Shown here in pieces: positions 10,224 to 19,485 of a stretch of DNA of 29,189 nt (positions within the stretch are counted from its first letter, which is position 1; each line of letters begins with the position of its first letter). The stretch is taken from positions 6,769 to 35,957 of the forward strand of contig JBGAOA010000042.1 of the NCBI GenBank assembly GCA_044222065.1, read 5' to 3'. Both the position numbers and the translations under genes were made by a program. Origin of the DNA: Candidatus Eiseniibacteriota bacterium (GTDB lineage: Bacteria > Eisenbacteria > RBG-16-71-46). The notes below the pieces were generated by a model. It saw only the letters and a program-made list of their open reading frames with translations, made no database searches and was not told the origin of the DNA.

Positions 10224-12901
10224 GTGCTTCGGCGTGCTCGTCGCTTCCCTCGCCTCGCCGCGATCGCCGTCGCGGCGCTCGCCCTCGCCTCGATCGCGAA
10301 TCTCGCGCTCGCTCGGCCGCCCTACCGCTCGTCGTTCTTCAACGCCTACCCCTCGGCCGTCGGAACGCGGCTCGCGGACCTGCCGAGTCACGCCGGCCAC
10401 TGCGGCCAATGCCACTTCAACTTCAATGGCGGCGGCGCGCGGAACAGTTACGGGCGCCGCGTCGAGTCGCTGCTCGGCAGCTTCCCGTCCACGGACGCGG
10501 GCCGGCAGGCGCTCTATCACTCGATCGAATCCGAGGACTCCGACGGCGACGGCTATTCGAACCTGACCGAGATCACGAGCAGCGTGTACGCGAACACGCC
10601 GACGTTCGCCGGGCTCGTGCCCGGCAACGTGGATTCCACGTCGAACGTGCCGGTGCTCGCCGAGATCTCTCCGTACCTCGTGCCGACGCTCGGCGCCGAC
10701 ACGACCCCGCCGGTCGTCGCGGTGACGTCGCCGAACGGCGGCGAGAGCTTCGCCGCCGGTTCGTACCACGTCGTGACGTGGACCGCGACCGACAACGTCG
10801 GCGTGAGCGCAGTGGACGTGGCGTACTGGGACTCGGGGCTCGCGCGCTGGACGCTGCTCGCGAACGCGATGCCGAACACGGGCGCATTCGGCTGGTTCGT
10901 TCACAACACGCCGGGCGCCTTCACGAAGGTGCGCGTGATCGCGCGCGACGCCGCGGGCAACGCGGGCGCCGACTCGAGCAACGCCGCGTTCACGATCACC
11001 GCGGTCGCGGGCGCGCGCGTGCCGACGACGCTTCGCGACTTCCACCAGCCGGGCACGCAGCCGCTCGAGGCGGGCGGCGTGTTCGAATCGAGCGAGGCGT
11101 GCGTGTCCTGTCACGGCGGCTACGACCCGGCCGTCGAGCCCGGCGGCCACTTCCAGGGCACGATGATGGGACAGGCCGCGCGCGATCCGCTGTTCTACGC
11201 GTGCCTCGCGATCGCCGAGCAGGACGCGTCGTCCTCGGGCGACCTGTGCATTCGTTGCCATTCGCCGCCGGCCACAGCCAGCCGACCGACGCCTCGCAGC
11301 TCGACGCCTTCGACCGCGACGGCGTCGCGTGCGACGTGTGCCACCGCATGCTGAATCCCGACTACGAGGCCGGCGTGAGCCCGGCGCGCGACCTCGTCGT
11401 GCTGAGCGGCATGCTTCCCGCGCACGTGCCCGGCGGCTACGGCAACGGGCAGTACGTCATCGACGCCGATCCCGCGAAGCGCGGGCCGTTCTCGGATCCG
11501 CTCGCGCCGCACCTCTACCAGCACTCGCCGTTCCACACCTCGTCCAACTTCTGCGGCACGTGCCACGACGTCTCGAACCCGGTGTTCGAGCGCGTCGCGG
11601 GCGCGGACTACGCGCCCGGCCCGCTCGACGCGGCGGTGGACTCCGTCGTCTCGAGCCGTCACTTCCCGCTCGAACGCACGTTCAGCGAGTGGGCGAACAG
11701 CGAGTTTCCCTCGGGCGTGTACGCGCCCGAGTTCGCGGGCAACGAACCTACCGGCGTCGTTTCGAGCTGCCAGGACTGCCACCTGCGCCCCGTGCAGGGC
11801 CGCGGGTGCAACGACCTGCAGGCGCAGATCCGGCCGAACCTGCCGCTGCACGACATGACCGGCGGGAACACCTGGATGCCGGGCGTGATCGCGTCGCTGT
11901 GGCCGTTCGAGACGTACCCGTCGGCGCTCGCCGACGCGGCCGCGCGCGCGCAGGCGCTGCTCGAGAAGGCGGCGCAGGTGGACGTGAACGTCGCGGCCGC
12001 GGGCGACAGCTTCGCCGCGACCGTCACCGTGACGAACCGCACCGGGCACAAGCTGCCGACCGGCTATCCGGAGGGCCGTCGCATGTGGCTCCACCTCGTC
12101 GCGCGCGACAGCGTCGGGGCCGTGATCTGGGAGAGCGGCGGCTACGACGCGGCGACGGGCGTGCTCGACCTGACGCCGTTGCCCGTCGTGTACGAGGCGC
12201 ACCTCGGGCTGTCGCCCGCGCTCGCGAGCGCGCTCACGCTGGCGAACGGGCCGTCGTTCCACTTCGCGCTCAACGACACGGTGTACAAGGACAACCGCAT
12301 CCCGCCGCGCGGCTACACGAACGCGGCGTTCGCGGCCTTCGGCGGCAACGCCGTCGAGGCCGGGCACCCGGCGCCGCGCTATCCGGACGGCCAGCACTGG
12401 GACGCGCCGGTGTACGGGCTGCCGCGCGCGGCGCGCCGGCTGACGGCGGAACTGCTGTACCAGACGACCTCGAAGGACTACATCGAGTTCCTGCGCGACG
12501 AGAACTCGACGAACACCGCGGGCCAGACGATGTACGACGCGTGGGTCGCGAACGGCCGCGCGGCGCCGGTGTGGATGGCGGCCGACTCGGCCACGTTCCT
12601 GCCGACGGCGGTCGAGACGGAGCTGCCGACCGCGCTCGCGCTTTCGATGCTCGTCAATCCGTTCCGCGACCTGCTGAGCGCCCGGCTCGACCTCGAGCGC
12701 CCCGCGATCGTGTCGTGCGCGCTGCTCGACGTGCAGGGACGCGTGCGCGCGCGGCGAGAGCTCGGGCTCCTCGGCGCCGGCGCGCAGCGCATCGACTGGC
12801 GCCCCGGGGACGGCGGGGCGGCGCTCGAGCCCGGCGTCTACTGGCTGCACGTGAAGGTGGACGGGCGCGGGCTCACGCGGCGCGTCGTGCGCGTGAACTG
12901 A
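10224..12901 (+). pseudogene. Secreted six-heme cytochrome c with T9SS-like CTD, interrupted by a frameshift near 11265-11270 (pseudogene or assembly error)
   Basis: GGAGGT precedes GTG at 10224, followed by a signal peptide. CGQCH, CVSCH and CIRCH lie in the first frame. CDVCH, CGTCH, CQDCH, GHKLPTGYPEGRRMWL and the CTD (NPF...DVQGR...PGVYWL...TRRVV) lie in the second frame, ending at 12901. Confidence 0.8.
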
Positions 12902-12930
12902 CCCGCGCCGCCGCTGCCGGCGCCGCCGAC

Positions 12931-12969
12931 GAAGCGGCCCCGGACCCTTGCGGGTCCGGGGCCGTCTTC
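12931..12969. terminator. Probable bidirectional terminator between convergent genes
   Basis: 13-bp perfect stem CGGCCCCGGACCC-TTGC-GGGTCCGGGGCCG flanked by GAAG and CTTC. Confidence 0.7.
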
Positions 12970-12982
12970 ACGCCGGCGTGGA

Positions 12983-13543
12983 TCAGAGGCGGAAGGACAG
13001 CCCCCAGTTGAGCTTCAGCTGCCGGTAGTCGGAGACGTGGTGGTACTTCGCTTCGACGAAGTTGTCCACGCGGCTCGAGAGCGGGAACGTCACGCCGCCG
13101 AGCAGCGAGACGCCGCCCTTCATGACCGAGTTCTCCGCCGAGTAGAGCCCGAGCGACGGCGCGTTCACCTCGCTCGACAGGAAGTGCACGCCGAGACCGC
13201 CGCCGATGTAGGGCGTCCAGTGTTCGCGGCGGAAGTTGTAGCGGATGTCGCATCCGAGCGTGGCGTCGCGCCGCGACGTGCGGATGTCGAACGGCTCGAC
13301 GGTGTTTCCGTTCCGCCAGTATTCGAACGTCGGCAGCAGTTCCCAGCCTTCGATGAGCCGCACCGTAGTCACGCGCGCACGCAGGGCGATGCCCGAGAAC
13401 GAACTCTGGCCTTCCTGCAGAACGGTGGACGTGAGGGCGTCGATGCCGGCGAACGACGAGGCCGCGCGGGCGGGAGCGGCGGTGAGGAGGCACGGCACGG
13501 CGGCGCAGAGGATGGCCGCCCGGGTGAAGCCACGACGAATCAT
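12983..13543 (-). CDS. Small outer-membrane beta-barrel protein (OmpW/OmpA-like)
   Basis: AAGGAG precedes ATG at 13543. Signal peptide, motifs PYIGGGLG and FVEAKYH, C-terminal WGLSFRL. Confidence 0.85.
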   Translation of the reverse strand: MIRRGFTRAAILCAAVPCLLTAAPARAASSFAGIDALTSTVLQEGQSSFSGIALRARVTTVRLIEGWELLPTFEYWRNGNTVEPFDIRTSRRDATLGCDIRYNFRREHWTPYIGGGLGVHFLSSEVNAPSLGLYSAENSVMKGGVSLLGGVTFPLSSRVDNFVEAKYHHVSDYRQLKLNWGLSFRL

Positions 13544-13608
13544 TCCCACTCCTTCGAGGATCCTTCCTCGGAGAGACGGTCCGTGTCGCAAGGGAGCGAA
13601 TGCGCGGG

Positions 13609-13637
13609 ACTATAGACAGGCGGTGGGGTGCCGCCAA
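13609..13637 (-). promoter_or_regulatory. Putative sigma70 promoter of the beta-barrel gene
   Basis: On the minus strand: TTGGCG, 17-nt spacer, TATAGT. Confidence 0.55.
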
Positions 13638-13788
13638 GCGGAAAGGCGAGTCCTGCGCGTCGGGCCCGGCGCGGCAGCTCGAGCGGAGCCGTGGCGCGAG
13701 GGTGGCGTCTGCGAAGGGAAGCGGGGCGGCGGCGGGGGCGACGGGACCGCCGTCGCGGAACGACTCCCCTCGCGCTGCCGCGCCGCGC

Positions 13789-15414
13789 TCAGCGCACGAC
13801 GAAGCCCACGGTCACGCCCGGAGCACGCGCGATCGGGTGGTAGTCGAGGCCGAGCGCCGTCGCGAGTTCCGACGTGGGCGCCTCGGGGCCGACCATCCAA
13901 ACGCGCCGGCCGCCGCCGGTCCAGGCGACGAGCGACTCGCGCGACGCCGTCACGCGCTGGAGCCTGCGCGCGGTGTCGAACTCGCGCTCGCGCGGGACCT
14001 CGAGCAACCGCACGGGTTCGCGCAGGTAGAACGGATAGCCGGCGGCGAAGTGCAGGTACTCGACGACCGGCTCCTGCGGCGCGCGGTGTTCGGCGAGCAC
14101 GCGCGCGAGCGGACGAGGGCTTCCGAGCCGCGCTTCGAACGGCGCGACCGCCACGAACAGCAGCAGCACGCCGATCGAGAACAGCGCGGCCGCGGGCGCG
14201 AGCCGCGCGCGCCACGCCCACGTGGCCGCGTAGCCGAGCGCGAACAGTCCGGCGTGCGCGGCGAACGGCAGCGGCACGCTCGCGGTGCGAACGAGCCCGA
14301 CGAATTCGGCGAACACGTGGGGGCCCGCGATCCAGCCCGCGGCCGCGAGGCCGGCGAGCAGCACGGCCGTCGCGCCGCGCGCGAGCGGGCCGCACGCGGG
14401 CCAGCCGCGCGCGACGAGCAGCGCCGCCGCGGGGAACGCCGGCAGCAGGTACGCGGGCAGCTTCGAGCCCGAGAACGACAGGAACACGACCGGCACGAAC
14501 AGCCAGGCGAGCAGCAGGCGCGACTCGAGTCGCGCGCGGTCGCGCCACGTCGCCGCGAGCCCGCGCACGAGCGCGAACGTCCACGGCAGGGCGCCAAGCA
14601 CGAGCACGCCGACGAAGTACAGCGGCGCGCCGCCGCGGTGATGGCGCGTCGAGGCGTAGCGGCCGACGACCTGGTCGCCGAGCCAGTACTGGAGCAGGCC
14701 CGGCACGGTCGCGATCAGCACGACGTACCACGTAAGCGCGACGACCGCGAACACGAGCCAGCCGCGCGGCGGGCCGAGCAGGCGTCGCGCTTCCCGGCCG
14801 TCGCGGCCGATCGAGGCGACGAGCACGGCGAGCACCGTCGGCACGAGCACGACCGGTCCCTTCGCGAGGAAGCCGAACCCGAGCGCCGCCGCGGCCCACG
14901 CCGACGGCGCGAGCGCCCACCACGCGGCGACGCTCGCCGCGAGGAACGGATCGGTCGCGACGTTGCGGCCGAGCGCGAGCGCCGCGACCGTGCTGCCGAG
15001 CGCCCACACGGTGAGCGCGGGGGAGACGCCGAGCGGCGCGAAGCGGCGCCGCGCGGCGATCGCCGCGAAGGCCAGCGTGAGCGCGGAGGCGAGCGCCACC
15101 GGCAGCCGCGCCGCCCAGTCGTGCGGGCCGAACGCGGCGAAGCTCGCGCCCGTGAGCCAGTAGGTGAGCGGGGGCTTGTGCAGGTGCGCGATGCCGTTGA
15201 GCCGCGGCATCAGCCAGTCGCCGCTCGCGACCATCTCGCGCGCGATTTCGGCGTAGCGCGTCTCGGTCGTTTCGAACAGTCCGGCGAGCGGCGCCGTCGC
15301 GAGCAGCGCGAGCGCGAAGAACGCGAGCGCGGCCCGCGCGCCCTCGAACGGAACCGGAGCGCGCGGCGCGGCGCCCGCGTCCGGCGGCGTCGCGGCGACG
15401 CCGGACGAACTCAC
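13789..15414 (-). CDS. ArnT/PMT-like GT-C membrane glycosyltransferase
   Basis: Motifs ETRYAEIAREM, HKPPLTYW, AARLP, FLAKGP and SKLPAYLLP, with many TM helices. Confidence 0.88.
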   Translation of the reverse strand: MSSSGVAATPPDAGAAPRAPVPFEGARAALAFFALALLATAPLAGLFETTETRYAEIAREMVASGDWLMPRLNGIAHLHKPPLTYWLTGASFAAFGPHDWAARLPVALASALTLAFAAIAARRRFAPLGVSPALTVWALGSTVAALALGRNVATDPFLAASVAAWWALAPSAWAAAALGFGFLAKGPVVLVPTVLAVLVASIGRDGREARRLLGPPRGWLVFAVVALTWYVVLIATVPGLLQYWLGDQVVGRYASTRHHRGGAPLYFVGVLVLGALPWTFALVRGLAATWRDRARLESRLLLAWLFVPVVFLSFSGSKLPAYLLPAFPAAALLVARGWPACGPLARGATAVLLAGLAAAGWIAGPHVFAEFVGLVRTASVPLPFAAHAGLFALGYAATWAWRARLAPAAALFSIGVLLLFVAVAPFEARLGSPRPLARVLAEHRAPQEPVVEYLHFAAGYPFYLREPVRLLEVPREREFDTARRLQRVTASRESLVAWTGGGRRVWMVGPEAPTSELATALGLDYHPIARAPGVTVGFVVR

Positions 15415-15689
15415 GCCGCCGCGTCCTTCCGGTGCAGGACGAGGTTGCGCGCGTAGATGAACAGCCCGAGCCCCTGGCCGACCGCGAACACCGGGTCGCG
15501 CTTGTGCAGCGCGTAGGCGAACAGCGCGGCGCCGCCCACGGCGCTCAGGACCCAGAACACCTCAGGGATCACGATGCGCCCGCGCTTCTCGGACGCGATC
15601 CACTGCACGATGAAGCGCGAACCGAACAGCACCTGCCCCACGAATCCCAGCGCCGTCCACTGGAACGGCGTATCGAACCAGCCGTGCAT
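15411..15689 (-). CDS. Lipid A biosynthesis N-terminal domain (LAB_N) small membrane protein
   Basis: Motifs GQVLFGSRFIVQWIASEK, PEVFWVLS and DPVFAVGQ. GAAGGAGG upstream. Confidence 0.88.
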   Translation of the reverse strand: MHGWFDTPFQWTALGFVGQVLFGSRFIVQWIASEKRGRIVIPEVFWVLSAVGGAALFAYALHKRDPVFAVGQGLGLFIYARNLVLHRKDAAA

Positions 15690-15732
15690 CCGTCCTCCTT
15701 CGGGAACGCGAGGGCGCGCGCGGTGCGGGCCG

Positions 15733-16461
15733 TCAGCGATCGATGACGCGATAGCGAATGAGCCGCGACTTGAGCCAGCGCACGCCGACGAGGTCCGCGA
15801 GGCCGCGGCCGAGCCGGTTCGCGATGCCGTACTTCGAGACGCCGTGACGGCGCGCGCGGTGCGCGAGCGTGACCTCGACGAGCCGCGCGCCGCGGAACTG
15901 GCAGAGCGCCGGCAGGAAGCGGTGCGCGCCGACGAACAGCGGCAGGCCCTCGAGGACTTCGCGCCGGTAGGCCTTGAACGAGCAGCCGATGTCGGTAACG
16001 GTGTCGCCGAGCACGAGGCGGCGGGTCCCGTTCGCGATCCGCGACGACACGAGCCGCACCCACGAGTCCTGCCGGTCGCCGCGCACGCCCGAGACGACGT
16101 CGGCGTCCCGCAGCGCGTCCAGCACGCGCGGCAGGTCGGCGGGGTCGTTCTGCAGGTCGGCGTCGAGCGTCACGACGACCTCGCCGCGCGCGCGCAGCAG
16201 TCCCGCGGCGAGCGCGGCGCTCTGGCCCGAGCGTTCGGCGAGAAAGACGGGCCGGAGCGCCGGATCGCGGGCCGCCTCGGCGCGCAGCCAGTCGGCGCTG
16301 CCGTCGTCGCTGCCGTCGTCCACGAGCACGATCTCGGCCGTGCGGGCGCAGGCATCGAGCGCGGCGCGCAATTCGGCCAGCAGCACGGGCAGGTTGTCGA
16401 ACTCGTTGAAGGCGGGCACGACGATCGAGAGCGCCGGAGGCCCGGCGGGCGGGACGTTCAT
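15733..16461 (-). CDS. GT2 polyprenol-phosphate glycosyltransferase (ArnC/Dpm1-like)
   Basis: Motifs SIVVPAFNE, VDDGSDDGS, GQSAA, LDADLQNDP and HRFLP. Start placed at ATG 16461, just before the domain. Confidence 0.88.
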   Translation of the reverse strand: MNVPPAGPPALSIVVPAFNEFDNLPVLLAELRAALDACARTAEIVLVDDGSDDGSADWLRAEAARDPALRPVFLAERSGQSAALAAGLLRARGEVVVTLDADLQNDPADLPRVLDALRDADVVSGVRGDRQDSWVRLVSSRIANGTRRLVLGDTVTDIGCSFKAYRREVLEGLPLFVGAHRFLPALCQFRGARLVEVTLAHRARRHGVSKYGIANRLGRGLADLVGVRWLKSRLIRYRVIDR

Positions 16462-16579
16462 GGCGGGGCCGGAGGATTGCAGAGCCGGCGGACCTCTGTC
16501 GAGCACGGCGGTTGCCGCTTCCTTCGGGCCTGTGCTACACAGTCGGGCCGTGCATGCCGCACTCGACGCTTCCAGGGAC

Positions 16580-17212
16580 GTGAAGCGCCCGCGACGCACG
16601 CGACGGATCGCGCCGCTCGAGCAGATGTCGCTCGAGCTCGGGCCGGATCGGCCGCGCTGGACGTATTCGCGCCTCGTGCTGCGATCGCCCCACCTCGCGC
16701 GCCTTCGCGAGCGCACGGAATTCGTGCGCCGCTTCTTCCCGGAACTCGACGGGATCACGATCCGGCTCGGCCTCGCGCAGAAACCCGGCGTGCTCGGCTG
16801 GGGTTCGCTCGACCCCGATCGCCCCGGCATCTGGGTGCGTCCGCGCCGGCTCGAGTACTTCACGATCGCCCACGAGCTGACCCACCTGCTGCAGGCGCGC
16901 GGCGAAGTGCCGCGCGGAGAGCGCGCCTGCGACCTGTGGGCGCTCGCTCGCTCGTCGCTGCTGATCGATTCGCCGCCGGGCTACCTGCGGCTGCCGCTCC
17001 GGATCCGGCGCCAGCGGCCGCTGAACGCGACCGACGCCGGATTCCTGTGCGACGCCGCGCGCCGCGCGATCGAGTTCCGTTCCGCGGGCGACCGGCGCTA
17101 CCTGCAGCGCTTCGAGCGCGAGGTCGCCGAGCGTTACGGCTTCGCGCAGAGCGCGCGCCGCGCGGTGCGGCGGCTCGGGCGGGCGCGGCTGGGCGCGCCC
17201 GCCGCCGGGTGA
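16580..17212 (+). CDS. Hypothetical protein with HExxH metallopeptidase-like motif
   Basis: FTIAHELTHLL followed by GERACDLWA. The start is uncertain (GTG 16550, GTG 16580 or a downstream ATG). The stop overlaps the NUDIX start. Confidence 0.65.
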   Translation: MKRPRRTRRIAPLEQMSLELGPDRPRWTYSRLVLRSPHLARLRERTEFVRRFFPELDGITIRLGLAQKPGVLGWGSLDPDRPGIWVRPRRLEYFTIAHELTHLLQARGEVPRGERACDLWALARSSLLIDSPPGYLRLPLRIRRQRPLNATDAGFLCDAARRAIEFRSAGDRRYLQRFEREVAERYGFAQSARRAVRRLGRARLGAPAAG

Positions 17213-17610
17213 GCGGGCGCCGGCGCGTCCGCGTCGTCGCCGCCGTCGTCCGCGACGGCGACCGCATCCTGCTCACGCAGCGGCCGCCCGGGGGGCCGCT
17301 CGGCCTCCAGTGGGAATTCCCCGGCGGCAAGATCGAGCCCGGCGAGAGCCCGGAACACGCGCTCGCGCGCGAAGTGCGCGAGGAGCTCGGCGTCGAGGCG
17401 ACGGTGTTCGAGACGCTCGCGGTGCACACCCACGACTACCCGCACGGACTCGAGGTCGAGCTGACGTTCCTGCGCTGCGCGCTCGCTTCGCACGACTTCA
17501 CGCCGAGCGAAGCCGTGCACGCGTGGCGCTGGGCGAAGCCGTCCGAGATCGCCCTCGCCGACGTACTCGAGGGCGATCGGGACTTCCTGCGCGCCCTCGG
17601 GGCGCGCTAG
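17209..17610 (+). CDS. NUDIX hydrolase, MutT/NudG-like
   Basis: Nudix box WEFPGGKIEPGESPEHALAREVREELG. GTGA overlap with the upstream gene. Confidence 0.92.
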   Translation: MSGRRRVRVVAAVVRDGDRILLTQRPPGGPLGLQWEFPGGKIEPGESPEHALAREVREELGVEATVFETLAVHTHDYPHGLEVELTFLRCALASHDFTPSEAVHAWRWAKPSEIALADVLEGDRDFLRALGAR

Positions 17611-17798
17611 CAGGCGGCTGAAAAGCGCCGATCACTGCGTTGGCTCGGTCGGTCGTCTCTGCGGAGTATCCTGCGGATGCTTCTCGTTCCTCACTCCCTC
17701 GCCGCCTTGTCCTAGGCTCTTTCGGCAGCCTGCTAGGCTCCCGGCCCTCGAATCCCGTCGCACGACCGCCCGCGCGCGGGCGAACCTCGGAGGACGCT

Positions 17799-17951
17799 CT
17801 GCTTCCCAAGGGACTCGAATTCCTGTCGCTCGGCTTCTGGTTCGTCCACGCGATCGGCGTCGCGTTCGTCTACATCTGGGGCTACAACCGCGGCCGCGGA
17901 GAAGAGCGCCGCGCACAGCGCGCGCGCGACCTCGAGCGCGGCAAGCCCTGA
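17799..17951 (+). CDS. Small single-TM membrane protein (50 aa), probable CTG start
   Basis: GGAGG (17789-17793) lies 5 nt before an in-frame CTG. The product has a hydrophobic segment (LGFWFVHAIGVAFVYIWGY) and a charged tail, and GC3-rich codons. Confidence 0.55.
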   Translation: MLPKGLEFLSLGFWFVHAIGVAFVYIWGYNRGRGEERRAQRARDLERGKP

Positions 17952-17992
17952 GCGCCGCGGCGCCCGGTGCGCCTCGCGTGAATTTCGTTCGA

Positions 17993-18979
17993 TCAGCGGT
18001 AGATCATCTTCACCGCGCCCCAGCTCTTGCGATTCGCGGGAACCGGGTTGCAGGTGTAGGTGCCGACGAGCTGCCAGTTGCCGCCCGTCGCGGTGCCGTA
18101 GTTGTCGAGGATCAGGTAGTAGGTCCCCGACGACGTGAACGTGTAGACGAGGTGCTCTGCGACGCCCGTCAGCGTCGCGTCGGCGCCCGCGACGCACGAG
18201 GTCGTCGGCGAAGCGCAGTCGGTGATGAGGTAGATCGAACCGTCGGCGACGCTCGTGTAGTTCACGTCGATCGCGTCACCCGAGGTGGCGTTGATGACGT
18301 ACACGACGTCCTTGCCGTTCGCGACGAAGCCCGTGCAGCCGCCGGTGCCGGACGCGAGCGGGGAGTAGTCGTTGTTCGCGAACTGCGAGGTGCCGTTCAG
18401 GGCGATCGCGCCGCACTCGAGCGGAATCGCGCCCGCGCACTGATCGTTCGCCGGCGGCGGCTGCGGAGCGACGCAGTTCACGAACGCCTTGTAGATGCCG
18501 AAGTACGAGTTGCTGAAACCGGCGATGCCGAGGTAGTAGCGGCCCGTGTAAGTCGCCGTGTAGGTGAGCAGCGAGTACGTGCCCGGACCCGAGTCATCAT
18601 CGCTCGCGACCACGGCGCCGCTCGCGTTGAAGAGCCGGATGCGCGAGTCGACGAGCTGGCCCGTCGTACCGTCGGCGTCCGTGCCGATCGTCATGACCGT
18701 ACCGGCCGTGACGTCGATGTAGAAGTAGTCCGTGTCGCCGGCCGCGCTGATCGTCGCGGGACGGAGCACGTCGCCGCACAGGAACTGCTGAGCGGTCGCA
18801 AGGCTGCCGTTCGGCTCGACTTCGGCGAAGTCGGCGAGCAGCGTGTTGCCCGTCTTCGTGGGATCCCACTTCTTCTCGTTCATCTCGACGCTCTTGTCCT
18901 GCGCCGCGGCAAGCGACGCGAGGCCGAGCGTCGCCGCGAGAGCGAGCGTGGCCAGTCCAGCCAGGTAGCGGTTGTGCAT
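17993..18979 (-). CDS. Secreted protein with pre-peptidase C-terminal (PPC)-like beta domains and C-terminal SWGxxKxxYR motif
   Basis: GGAGG upstream and a signal peptide. Motifs EVEPNG...A, GDTDYF, DSRIRLFN...ASDDDSG...TGRYYL and PANDQC. Ends RKSWGAVKMIYR. Confidence 0.85.
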   Translation of the reverse strand: MHNRYLAGLATLALAATLGLASLAAAQDKSVEMNEKKWDPTKTGNTLLADFAEVEPNGSLATAQQFLCGDVLRPATISAAGDTDYFYIDVTAGTVMTIGTDADGTTGQLVDSRIRLFNASGAVVASDDDSGPGTYSLLTYTATYTGRYYLGIAGFSNSYFGIYKAFVNCVAPQPPPANDQCAGAIPLECGAIALNGTSQFANNDYSPLASGTGGCTGFVANGKDVVYVINATSGDAIDVNYTSVADGSIYLITDCASPTTSCVAGADATLTGVAEHLVYTFTSSGTYYLILDNYGTATGGNWQLVGTYTCNPVPANRKSWGAVKMIYR

Positions 18980-19343
18980 GTTCGTCCTCCAGGGCGTTAG
19001 GGGACCGGCAGCGGCGTCTCGTGAGCGAGGCGAGCGACCGGAGAGGAATCCCCGCGCGAATCGAAGCGCGGGACTGCACCGGGAACCGTTACGGCTTCAC
19101 GCGCGAGGATCGTGTTCCCTCGAACCCGCGGTGGGCGAGGCGAGAGAGGGGCGGCCCGGAGCGCGTGACTCCGGATCCGGCCGCGAGCGAAGCGCGGAGC
19201 GCCATCTTCCGAACTCTCTCGGGAATCCGGGGGAGGACCGGGGCCGATTTCGCGGCGCCGCGTGCGAGACGCGGCCGTCGTGGATGGCCGCGGCCGTTCG
19301 ATGAACGAGCCGACTGCCCTTCGAACGCAAGACGGACTCGTCT

Positions 19344-19371
19344 TTCTTAGCACCGCATTGTGGGAATGCAA
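19344..19371 (-). promoter_or_regulatory. Candidate promoter for the secreted PPC-domain gene
   Basis: On the minus strand: TTGCAT, 16-nt spacer ending in TGC, TAAGAA, in an AT-rich patch. Confidence 0.35.
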
Positions 19372-19485
19372 GGACAATGTGAGGTCCGGACCGGCCGCGT
19401 AAGCCCGATGTCACGGGCGGCCATGCGCGCGTTTCGTGGCACCAAGCGGTGTGTCGCCCTCGCGAACACGCGCGCGGCGACGGGA

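Noticed and set aside
11255..11285. Programmed ribosomal frameshift in the cytochrome gene
   Set aside because: There is no slippery run or obvious stimulator, and residues appear to be missing, which fits a deletion better.
19040..19095. Cobalamin-riboswitch-like words (AGGAA...CTG...ACCGT)
   Set aside because: They are on the strand opposite the downstream gene, and the GGTG/AAnTCC core and B12 box are missing.
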